DNA of 64,000 nucleotides from the human T2T-CHM13v2.0 reference genome, Homo sapiens. The position numbers and the translations under genes are program-made. Below are positions 13,176 to 23,463 of the stretch, in pieces (position 1 is the stretch's first letter; the number at the start of each line of letters is the position of its first letter). The notes beneath the pieces were generated by a model. That model saw nothing but the letters and a program-made list of their open reading frames with translations, was not told where the DNA came from and made no database searches. The stretch lies in NCBI RefSeq assembly GCF_009914755.1, contig NC_060932.1; one strand, given 5' to 3'.

Positions 13176-14064
13176 TCGTCTTATAATGATTTATTCAATG
13201 TTCTGTATTATCTTATTCATCCATTAGTTAAGTGTATTTCAAGGGTCCCAGGATAAGATGCATCTTCATACAGACAAATTAATTTTGAAGTATTAAACAT
13301 TTGATTGAATTGTTTAAAGCTATAACTAAACTACCAAAGGCAAATGCACTGTAAAACTAATTAAATGTGCTGTTCAGTTTTAGAAATGAACAAAGGTAGT
13401 TCCTGTTCCTAAGAATAAAAGTGATTAGGGTTGACATAAGCAAAAATGTGGAGGATATTTGTGTAATTATTAAAGTCAAAATGTTCTTCATAAGAAAATT
13501 TTCCTATGTGACATTTTATAATGACTAAATTTAGTCGTCTTAAGTGGAGATGCTATTAAGTTTCTCTTATTAGATGTAGTCATTGGAAAATAGCTTAGAA
13601 AAAATAGTTTTATGGTACCAAAGTAGTAGTTTGACAGAGTGAGTTTTTCTCATAGAAAAAGAATGCAGCATTTTGGCCATACAGTTTGGAGGAATTTCTA
13701 GCTTGACACTTCTCTCTTCCTCATCTTTTCCCCACTATCTCCAATTATTTCATATATTTTAATTGATCAGGGCTAAATGTTATTTCCATTATAAAATGAT
13801 CTTCCCTTTTAGAATTACCATGTTTTAGAGCTGCTGGGAGCAACTTCCTGAATTATTAACTCAACCTCAGAGAAGTAGTCCATGGCACAGAGATGAGCCC
13901 AACGTGATTGCAGGGTCTGTGTAAGCCACTGACATATGTTTGCATTTTTAGTGGAAAAATATAATGCAGGAAGTTTTGCTTTTCTTTTCTGGTGCTGAAG
14001 ACAATTTGGAGGAAGCTAAGAGAGTATTTCCAGTGTATGAGCACTGAAGAGAAACAGTAAAGTC

Positions 14065-14573
14065 ATGATTACCTTTGCAACTTTTATTAAAAATATAAGT
14101 ATTCAACATTCTCTTACACAACCAAACTGACCAAGGACTGGAAAGATGTTTTATTACTGAAACGTTTACAAGAGAAAGTTGTTTCAAAGAGCTTACAGAT
14201 TTAGTCTTACCCACCCAAGAGAATGGCATTCTCTTTGGCTCAGACCACAACAAAAACAATTGAGTGACTTCTGTCTGCTTTTTCAAACAAAACGTTTTCT
14301 CACAGGTCTACATTCTCTTTAAAACACCACTATAAACACCTGGAAACGGAAACTAAACGTAGACAAAACGAATAACATTGTGTTGCTGCTGCACGTGAAT
14401 ACACTTTGTGCATGCTAAGTAAGGGGTATAGGCTCTCTCCCTCTCTCCCTCTATGTTTCAAGCTATATAAAAATAAACAAATGGCATAAGAGCAGCGCTA
14501 TGGTACAGAATACTGTATTTTTTTAAATTTTTTTTGTGCTAAATGCAGATTCTTTTTGGCCAAACGCACCGTT
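14065..14573 (-). other. CRH: CRH 3'UTR with AATAAA at 14150-14155 and 14083-14088
   Basis: tttatt on + strand at both positions; cleavage site inferred ~15-20 nt beyond the distal hexamer. Confidence 0.8.
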
Positions 14574-15164
14574 TTATTTCCCAATAATCTCCATGAGTTT
14601 CCTGTTGCTGTGAGCTTGCTGTGCTAACTGCTCGGCCCTGGCCATTTCCAAGACTTCCCGGAGGAGGTGGAAGGTGAGATCCAGGGAGATGGGAGGCTCC
14701 TCGGACCGCCTTTCTCTCTCCGGTGCCTCCTGGTGGCCGCCGAGGGCATTCCTAGCGCCGCGCTCCGCGAGAGCCGCGGGGCTGTCGAGCGAGCGCCGAG
14801 GCAGCAGCAGCTGCTGCAGCAACACGCGGAAAAAGTTGGCGGTCGCCTGTTCCGGCGAAGGGCGGCTGCCGCTGCCTCCGGCGAGGAGCGAGGAGGCGGG
14901 CGAAAGGGGAGCGGCCGGGCTCTTGTTGAGGTTCCCCAGGCGGAGGAAGTACTCCTCTCCCATGCGGAGCAGGACCGGCCGAGCCTGCGGCTGCTGGGGC
15001 TGCTCGGACTGCGGCGGCGGCTGGAAGAAATCCAAGGGCTGAGGGTGCTGCGGCGCCTGCCGAGCTCCCGGGACCGGCCCGCGGCTCAGGAGCGCCCTGC
15101 ATGGCGGGCAGGGCAGGAGAGCCACCAGCAGGACTCCCGCGGACACAAGCAGCGGCAGCCGCAT
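14574..15164 (-). CDS. CRH: Corticotropin-releasing hormone preproprotein, 196 aa, all in exon 2
   Basis: Signal peptide MRLPLLVSAGVLLVALL; RR cleavage site; mature CRH-41 SEEPPISLDLTFHLLREVLEMARAEQLAQQAHSNRKLMEII (14583-14705); GK amidation signal. Confidence 0.99.
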   Translation of the reverse strand: MRLPLLVSAGVLLVALLPCPPCRALLSRGPVPGARQAPQHPQPLDFFQPPPQSEQPQQPQARPVLLRMGEEYFLRLGNLNKSPAAPLSPASSLLAGGSGSRPSPEQATANFFRVLLQQLLLPRRSLDSPAALAERGARNALGGHQEAPERERRSEEPPISLDLTFHLLREVLEMARAEQLAQQAHSNRKLMEIIGK

Positions 15165-15420
15165 GTTAGGGGCACTCGCTGCGGCACAGAGGTGGGCGGA
15201 GGGCGGAATGAGAGAGGGGAAGAGAGAAAGAAAGAGTTGGTTAGAGTTCGCTCAGCTGGGAGGTGCACACGGGGTCTTCCTACGGGACTGCCTTAGACGT
15301 GCTGGGCTTTGGCCTCAGTGATTCGGATGGGCGCTGTCCGCGGTGCTGAAGCGCCTGGGGAGCGGGGAAAGGGGGCGCCTGCAGGGCTCCGCACCTAAGC
15401 TCATGCGCTCACCGGCCAGG
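14620..15420. other. CpG island over CRH exon 2 and the intron 3' end
   Basis: Very dense CG dinucleotides compared with CpG-depleted flanks. Confidence 0.85.
15330..15350 (-). promoter_or_regulatory. RE1/NRSE (REST site) in the CRH intron
   Basis: TTCAGCACCGCGGACAGCGCC matches the RE1 consensus TTCAGCACCACGGACAGCGCC at 20/21. Confidence 0.92.
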
Positions 15421-15780
15421 AGTGACCCTTCTTTCTAGACTCTGAAAGGACGGTCCCTGCGTCCTCTTCCTAACGATCCTCAAAACTAATTTTCCCGATC
15501 CTAGAGAAGAGCCACAGATTTAAGATCCCACCCGCGCTGACTACCTCCCTTCCGGATATTTCAGCATTTTCTTCCAAATTGAGAACTACTGCCTCATGGT
15601 CCTCCCTCTCCACTTCTGCCCTTGCTGCCTTATCTCGGGGGTTAGGATAGAAGGGGGTGGGGGAGCTCCTTTACACAGCCAGCAAGGAGCAACTGGCAGC
15701 ACGGGTAACGAAGAGCAGCCGTCTAAGTTTGCTTTTGCCACATCCCAGCTACTATTGTAATCTTAAGGAATAGTCCGCGA

Positions 15781-15893
15781 ACACGCGCGCACACACACAC
15801 GCACGCACGCGCGCATACACACACACACATACGCATACACACATGCATACACACACACACACGCACGCACACACATGCATACACACGTACACA
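15781..15893. repeat. Compound (CA/CG/TA) alternating purine-pyrimidine tract
   Basis: 113 bp of unbroken RY alternation, checked base by base. Confidence 0.95.
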
Positions 15894-15979
15894 GGCAGGG
15901 GCAGCCGGCTCCGCGGCGCACATCGCGGCAGCTCAGGCAACGCAAAGTTGGTGGCGTGTTCCGTCCAGGCGCTCCCTAC

Positions 15980-16150
15980 CTTCCCAGGCGCTTCGCAGGT
16001 GAGCCGGGTGCTGCCGCCTCTCTGCAGAGAGACGTCTCCGGGGGCTTTCTCTGGAGGTTGTCTTCCTTTCTCTTTACTGTTCCCACTCTCTTTTTCTTTC
16101 TCTCCTCTCTTTCCCCTCAGTCTCTCAATGGACTTGGTCTCTGAGTTTCT
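15980..16150 (-). other. CRH: CRH non-coding exon 1; TSS ~16150
   Basis: Ends at the GT donor, contains no ATG; a TSS at 16150 puts TATA at -30 and the CRE at -228..-221, agreeing with the recalled promoter numbering. Confidence 0.85.
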
Positions 16151-16173
16151 CCACTCCAGAGCCTGGAGTGGGA

Positions 16174-16180
16174 TTTTATA
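16174..16180 (-). promoter_or_regulatory. CRH TATA box (TATAAAA)
   Basis: ttttata on + strand, -30..-24. Confidence 0.9.
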
Positions 16181-16267
16181 GTGTCGACCCTCTTCAAAAA
16201 CCACGCAGCATTTGCCTAATAAGCTGACGCTCTCTTGACAGCTCGATTGCGTGCTGCCTCTGCTCCT

Positions 16268-16275
16268 GCATAAAT
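16268..16275 (-). promoter_or_regulatory. CDX/caudal-type homeobox element (ATTTATGC, -125..-118)
   Basis: TTTATG core; position agrees with the recalled CRH CDXRE. Confidence 0.6.
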
Positions 16276-16370
16276 CATAGGGCCCTGCCAAGGAACGAGG
16301 GGCAGAATTTTGCTATCTCAACACTGAATCTCACATCCAATTATATCAACAGATATTTATCGCCTCTTGG

Positions 16371-16378
16371 TGACGTCA
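16371..16378. promoter_or_regulatory. cAMP response element TGACGTCA
   Basis: Perfect palindromic CRE at -228..-221. Confidence 0.95.
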
Positions 16379-16398
16379 ACGAGCCCTAAAATGGAAGG

Positions 16399-16446
16399 GC
16401 TTCTTATGACTTGTCCATTGACAAAAATTCTTGAATGAGATTTCCC
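16399..16446 (-). promoter_or_regulatory. Negative GRE/AP-1 composite (~-278..-249) and kB-like site GGGAAATCTC (16437-16446)
   Basis: Minus strand TTTTTGTCAATGGACAAGTCATAAG and GGGAAATCTC at positions recalled for these CRH promoter elements. Confidence 0.65.
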
Positions 16447-18358
16447 AAGTGTGAAAACATATTGACCTCTTACTATGAAAGGCCATATTAGGGGTGTGCA
16501 AAGAGACAGCGAATGGGAGGAGGAAGGGGAAGTGGGAAGGAAGTGAGGTGTCCCAGTGCAGCCCTGCCAGGAAAGCAGCAGCCAGTTGGAGGGGGTGGAC
16601 CTGGATGCCCCTTCTCCTAACCTCCCTGACCAGGTGTCTCTGACAACACCTCAGTATCTGGAAATATCCCTTTGCTAGAGACAGAGTCCCACCATCTTTC
16701 TGCCTGGAAAAGAATGAAGCATCAGGAGAGGGGTGTGCAGGAACATCCAGCTTTTAAACGTCTATCTGCTTTTTCCTCCCAAGAGCAAGCACATAAAGGA
16801 GTTATGAGCCTGCAGAAGCAAGGCCAATAAATCTCTCAAAATGCAGTTCAAGTTTTTTAGATGATGACAAGAGCTACTCCCATAGTGAAGGGGCACAAAC
16901 CGGGGTTAGTAAGGGGTGCGGCAAAGATTTTAGGTTATCTCAGAAACTCTCTGCTCCTTTTTTTGTCTCTCTTCTCACAATCTAAAATTAATTGTGGACT
17001 CCCTTTTCTATTCCCAAATTAAAGAGAGAGGCGGCCAGTGAGAGATGCATGAGTTAAACAAGCTTTACTTATTCTACTGAATGCAAACTCAATGAGAGGC
17101 ATCCATTCTAACTTCCTAATCTATGTTGAAAAAGGCTTAAACTGCTTGACTACAGGGCTAAATTCATTAGTTACATGTTTTCATTGGTCAATATTGAGTC
17201 TGTAAAAAAAAACTCGTTCATTTCACCTCCAAATACTATCAACATCCATAATAGTATCCACATCTGGGCCACCCAGGGTGGTTCTTTTTAATTATTTCTT
17301 TTTCCAAATCCAAATGTGCTTCATGTCAGCCTGTTAAATAAATAAATGCTCTCTGACATGTCGCAGAATGGAATGGAATGCTAAGCCTGTAAAACTATAT
17401 TCAATTTTTGATTAATTGACACTATCATATAGGTGGGAGGCAGTTACCTCTAATTCTGCAATTCAAAATGCAATTCCAAGTTCTTGTGCCTGTGATTCAA
17501 TTCAGCTTCCAGATAACCATCAGAGTTGTTTATCGGAAATTTCCTGCTCCTCATTTCTGATTACTTCTGCTGCTTCCTTTGTAGCTAATGTGACAAATGA
17601 TGCAATGCATATTTCAACTTCCATTTTGGGTCTATACCAATCCACAACTGCTCTTAGGAACAAAGGGAAGGCAGGGAGAGAAATGTTGACAGTTTGCAGA
17701 GAAGCCAGCCCATAGTTGGATCACTGCACCATGTTATGTACTTTTGACATAAGAGAACAGAGAGAATGTGCCTACTTGGAAAGATGTGAGTTGTTAATAG
17801 AAGATCATGATTATGGAAAATGGTTGAGTTTCTGGGAGAAAGCTGTGTTTTATATTGGTAGGAAAGCACACAGAACCTTAGATTTTGTTATTGTGGGCTT
17901 TTTTTTTTTTTATTAAGCTGGAATGGGTTCAACATTTTTGCTTACTTTCCTTTATGAACTGTTTTCTGACCCTGTTAGCAGATTTCAGCTTGGATGTCAA
18001 TCTGGAGGTGAAACGTTGACTTGGAATAGGAAGTTTCAGTGCAGTAAATGGACACAGAAGATAAACTAGGAAAGGGATGTGGTTATGAGTTTAGCTGGGG
18101 AGGTCTGGGAGGTTCTTCCAGAGAAGACACAACAAGTTTTGGGCTCTGACTAAACCCATGCCCATACAAATCTCTCTCCCATTGGGCTATCTGGGGGATA
18201 TTGTTTTAGTATAGCTCCCTCATCACTGTTGAGTCCTTGCTGTGAGGTTTTCTTGGGGTAAGTCATTAATAGAGCCAAAGTGGCTCCAACTAGGGAGTAA
18301 GGAAAAAAATGTTCCTGAACCCCAGAGGAAGAGAAGCTATGCACAGCCACAATTTATC

Positions 18359-18724
18359 TGTATTTGTCTGTTCTCACACTGCTAATAAAGACATACCTGA
18401 GACTGGGTAATTTATAAAGGAAAGCAGTTTAATGGACTCACATTTTCACATGGTAGGGGAGGCCTCACAATCATGGCAGAAGGCAATGGAGAAGCAAAGA
18501 CACGTCTTACATGGTGGCAGGCAAGAGAGAGCATGTGAAAGAGAACTCCCCTTTCTAAAACCATCAGATCTGATGAGACTTATTTACTATCACAAGAACA
18601 GCATGGGAACAACCCACCCTTATGATTCAGTTACCTCCCACCAGGTCTCTCCCACAACACGTGGGAATTATGGGGGCTACAATTCAAGATGAGATTTGGG
18701 TGGGGACACAATCTAACCATATCA
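18359..18724 (-). mobile_element. THE1B-type solo LTR (ERVL-MaLR), 2.2 kb upstream of and co-oriented with CRH
   Basis: Minus strand begins TGATATGGTTAGATTGTGTCCCCACCCAAATCTCATCTTGAATTGTAG and ends AATACA; perfect 5-bp TSD TTATC at 18354-18358 and 18725-18729. Confidence 0.92.
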
Positions 18725-18984
18725 TTATCCAAAATGTATATCTCATTAAATCACGCAGTTTTCACATTAGAAATGACTTAAAGAGATCACTTGGTTTAAA
18801 TGAGAACCAGAGAAGTTAAGTGACTTACCTGAAGTCACTCAGCAAGTTAGTGGTAAAGTGAGAATTAGGAACCAGCTCTTTTGATTGCAAGCCCATATTA
18901 TTTGCATAATGTAACAATAACCTTTGGACTTTCTTTTCCAGCAGAGGCACACAAACTGAGGTGAAAAGATGAATTTTAAAATAT

Positions 18985-19120
18985 TTTAGAGCTAGAATCT
19001 CACTTTCTTGCCCAGGCTGAAGGCACTGTGATACTCACTGCAGCCTAGAACTCCAGGACTCAAGCGATCCTCAGACTCCTGAGCAGTTGGAATTATAGGC
19101 ATCAATCACCATGCCTGGCC
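18985..19120 (-). mobile_element. Alu monomer (FLAM-like)
   Basis: ttgcccaggctg, ctcactgcagcct, ctcaagcgatcctc, caccatgcctggcc. Confidence 0.7.
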
Positions 19121-20264
19121 TGAGAAGATGCATTTAGATAAAGTAATATATTCACACACCAATTGTGGAGTAGCTTTTTATACATTTTCCTTATTTGATA
19201 AACTAAGGCATGAGAATGCAGAAATTCTCTGTGCATGCTCATGTCTGTGGCACCTGATTTTCAATCTGTGTGTGCATACATTGCAATTTACTTTTCAGTA
19301 TTACCAAATTAAAAGCATTAATTTGATTATTCTGCCTAGGTGACCTTTGAAAAAAGTGATCTTTGGATACAGTATGGAGGGTGAAAGGGATTCTTAAAAT
19401 TATAATATAGATCTATGATTTGAGAAATAACATAATGCAGATAACTTAAATGTGCTATAAACTAAATATCCAAATACATAGAAATCACCACTGACAGATC
19501 TGATCTTACATGTAAGAATAACTTCTGGAAAGGAGTCATTGGAGAATCAATTTCAATGCTTTTAGAACCTAAAAACACAATCCAAGAAACATGGGCACAA
19601 AAACAGGGATTACTTCATGTTTTAAATCATATTTTTCAATGGCTACATAATATACGGTATAGGTAAATTAAAACAGAGCCAACACAACAGTCTAATAAAG
19701 AAATATCAGAAATAATAGGTAACTAGTGGGCATATTTTTGTCACTTGTATCACCTTGTACCTTCACAAGCTTCTATTAGCACAGCTCGTGGTGAACAAAC
19801 ACCATCTCCAAGTTGGCTAACAGAAACATTTGTTGAAATGAATCTACTGTTTCCAATGAGAGCCTTCAGAAATGCCTAGGGTGGACAGGTGGTTTGGTAA
19901 TTGTTTGTAACTGTTCTTTAGATAGATTAAGTAACTGCCTTCTGCTTCCACAGGAGGACTGAGGAAAGGCCCTCAAACAGCAAAATATCTAACTGCTTCA
20001 CTGGCAACAATAACTTCTGTTAGTCTCTTCTGATTATCAAAGCCATATGTGCTCTTTGCAGAAAACTTAGAAAAATCAGAAAAGCATAAAGAATATAAAA
20101 TTCCTCAGAATATCTGAATCTAAAGATCATCACAGATAATTAATATTTTGTTGTTTCCCTTGAGCATTTTTCCTGAGCTCATAATCATAATTTTGATAAC
20201 ACCATGTTCTTAATACTGAATCTCTGCTTAAAAAAAAAACTCTCATTTTAACATTTAAAATAAT

Positions 20265-20425
20265 TGAGAGAGTAAATTTTAAATGTTCTCATCACCAGAA
20301 ATTGGTAAGTAAGTGAGGTAATGGATATGTTGATAACTTGATTTAGCCATTCCACAATATACGCATATATCAAAACATGTCATACACCATAAACATATAC
20401 AATTTTTATTTGTCAATTTACATTA
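20265..20425 (+). mobile_element. L1MA-type 3' end
   Basis: aaatgttctcatcacca, gtgaggtaatggatatgtt, cttgatttagccattccacaat, caatttttatttgtcaatt. Confidence 0.75.
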
Positions 20426-21200
20426 ATTAATTAATTCATTGCAAAATAATTTGTTGAAGAAATCTTCCCCAGATTCCTATATTAGGTTCAGCACCTGTGC
20501 TTCATATTTTCCTAATAGCATGAATGTCCTTCATTGTAAAGCTCACATTTTGTTATAGTTACTGGTACAATATGTACCTCCTTTGCTGGACAGTAAACTG
20601 TGTAGCAGGGCTTTGATCATCTTTGTAAGTTGCCATATCCATTTCTCTTGCCCCAAACATGGTAGATTTCCAGTAAGCCTGTTGAATGAATGAAATGCAG
20701 AAAATCTGTTGAATGAATGAAGTATAAAAATTACCCATAAACTGTACATATTATCCAGACATAACTAAATAACATTTTATAGTTAAAATTTTATAATCTA
20801 CTTTTTTCCATTTAAAATTATATCTCAAGCATTTTCCTATATCCAAGTGAAATCCTTTTTTTATTGCATGGTATTGCATCAATATGTGCCAAATTTTCTA
20901 TTCATTCTTCATTGTTGATCACTGCCCTAATGACCTGCTTTTTATTCTTTTTCATCTTACCCTTGCACTTTTAAGTAATATACCCACAGAATTATTTCTT
21001 GAGTCTTCAAATATAAACAATATCTCTTAACTCCCAGATTGTAAGATGAGATTATTTATCCCTTCAACTTTTCAGACACCCTCCTGCACCTTGATCTCTC
21101 AGTCTCTTTCATCTATACTTCTACTTCTAGATTGTCCGTTAATTATTTTTATAATCATAGTTAAATCTCCCATGCTTTTATGCTTTTACTATAATTGATT

Positions 21201-21233
21201 CTACACTTGATCTTAGCCAAAGGGCCAAGAAGC
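21201..21233 (-). pseudogene. Truncated U2 snRNA pseudogene (U2 nt ~4-36)
   Basis: Minus strand GCTTCTTGGCCCTTTGGCTAAGATCAAGTGTAG vs U2 GCTTCTCGGCCTTTTGGCTAAGATCAAGTGTAG: 31/33. Confidence 0.9.
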
Positions 21234-21235
21234 TC

Positions 21236-21261
21236 TAGATAGATATAGATAGACAGATGAT

Positions 21262-21308
<47 letters not shown>
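21236..21308 (+). repeat. GATA tetranucleotide repeat, pure (GATA)11 at 21262-21305
   Basis: Read directly. Confidence 0.95.
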
Positions 21309-21853
21309 TCTAAAAGTAGGAAGTCAATATAGTTTTTAATTATTGACTATGAAAGTTGTTCACTGAAGAATAAGATCATAGACTCTGATTACATTTCCTA
21401 TCTTGTTTTTTTTTCTACAATTTTCAATTGACACTTTTATATTTTTTATAATCCCAGTTTGGTTTTTTCCTAGAATTACGAACTGCCTTAATTTTGTTCT
21501 CATATTTTTTCAAATTTTCAATCATGATAAGTAATCTATTAAGTCCTCCCCCTCTTTTTAAGACCTTGATCCTTGAGCATGCTAACCTGCTGCTTTCAAA
21601 CTAGTTACTTTCTAAATCTGATGCATAGGTTTCTTCCTGGGACTTCTCTTTTCTTCTTCCCTGGATTGAATTCCCTGTCCGGAATCACAGGACTTTTTCC
21701 CTTTTGATTTCTGAATTTTATTTTGCTGGAGAACATCCTCCGGTAACTTTCTAGGAAAGGATGTATGAGAAGCATGTTTTCTGACTCCTTGCATTCCTGA
21801 AAATTGTTATATTTTACCCAGATATTTGAGTGATGCTTTACCAAGGTATATAA

Positions 21854-22276
<423 letters not shown>

Positions 22277-23070
22277 TAGGACCTTTTTTCTTATTCTCTC
22301 TTGAAGCTTTTAGTCTCTTCTTTTTTTGTTGATGTTCTGAAATTTTAGAATGGTCTTTGGGTCTTTTTTTCATGTACTCATTTTAATTTTGAGGTTCTTA
22401 CTCTTCAATGGTGAAAAAAACCTCCTGTATTATTTATATTATAATTTTTTCCATTTTCTCTATTCTTTCTTTTTAGGGATTTCTGTTATGAGATGTTCTC
22501 CCCTCTATTGGCCATCTGTGTTTACTATTTTCTGTCATGTTAGAACTTTTAGTTTGCGATTCTGCTTTCTAAGATATTCTTCAATATCTTCCAGCTCTTC
22601 AGTTACTTTCATTTTACAACTGTATATTCAACCTCCAGACTTTTTATTCTTTCTCCATTCCTTTTTAATAACTCCTGTTCTTGCTTTACAGTGGAATGTT
22701 CTCTCCTATTTCTTTAAGAATGTTAACTAGAAGGTTTCTAAGTTTTCTTTCTTTCCCTGAATTATCTCTTCCATCTGTGGTCATTTAAAAATCTTTATTT
22801 ATCTTAATTTCTCAATTTTATGCTGGAGATCTTTGTGAAATCCCTGAAGGCGACCCTGTGTATGATTGGTAGCACCCTCATGTTTAATAATTATTCAGTA
22901 CAAAGTTGATGAAGAACTCTATATGCAGGGTAAGGAGCCTGCTTCTCGCCAAGCAGCCTTCCTTCCAGGGTGATCACATGGTGAGCTAGTCTTTACTTGG
23001 GATACCCATGAATGTCATATTGTAGAGAATTCCTCTCTGTAGCCATTCAATTTTATTTAAGAAAAATGTA

Positions 23071-23463
23071 TGTATTAGTTTTCTGAGTATGCCATAGCAA
23101 ATACCAGACTGGATAACTTAAACAGCAGAAATTTATTTTCTCCCTTCTGGAGGCTAGAAGTCCAAGATCAAAGTGTCAACAGAGTTGCTTTCTTCCCAGG
23201 CCTCTCTCCTTGGCTTGTGGTTGGCCATCTTCTCCCTGTGCTTTCACACGGCCTTTCCTCTGTGCATGTCCCTGCTTCCATCTTCTCTGCCTACAAAGAC
23301 ATCAGCCATATTGTATTAGGGATAACCCATATGACCTAATTTAACCTTAATTACCTCTTTAAAGGCTCTGTTTCCAAATACAGTTACATTCTGAAATATG
23401 AGAAGTTAGGACTTCAACATGTGAATTTTTCTACATCTAGGAGACACATTTAGGCCAATAACA
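23071..23463 (-). mobile_element. MLT1 (A/B-type) solo LTR
   Basis: tgtattagtttt...cagaaatttatt...ttctggaggctagaagtccaagatcaa...ttaaccttaattacctc. Confidence 0.8.

Larger units (their letters stand above)
15179..15979 (-). other. CRH: CRH single intron (801 bp)
   Basis: Donor GAAG|GTAGGG at 15980/15979; acceptor pyrimidine tract...CCGCAG|CGAG at 15179/15178, 14 nt before the ATG. Confidence 0.9.

Noticed and set aside
14667-15296. 209-aa and 122-aa antisense ORFs and a 116-aa alternative-frame ORF over CRH
   Set aside because: Expected stop-poor shadows of a GC-rich CDS; no recognisable domain or independent promoter.
15723-16291. ORFs with VCVC/HTHT repeats, up to 179 aa
   Set aside because: Translation of the intronic dinucleotide tract; several cross the splice donor.
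20679-20721. Direct repeat CTGTTGAATGAATGAA
   Set aside because: Ordinary duplication of an L2 tail microsatellite.
21236-21308. Tandem arrays as CRISPR-like or other prokaryotic systems
   Set aside because: Simple eukaryotic microsatellites without spacers; the window is primate DNA.
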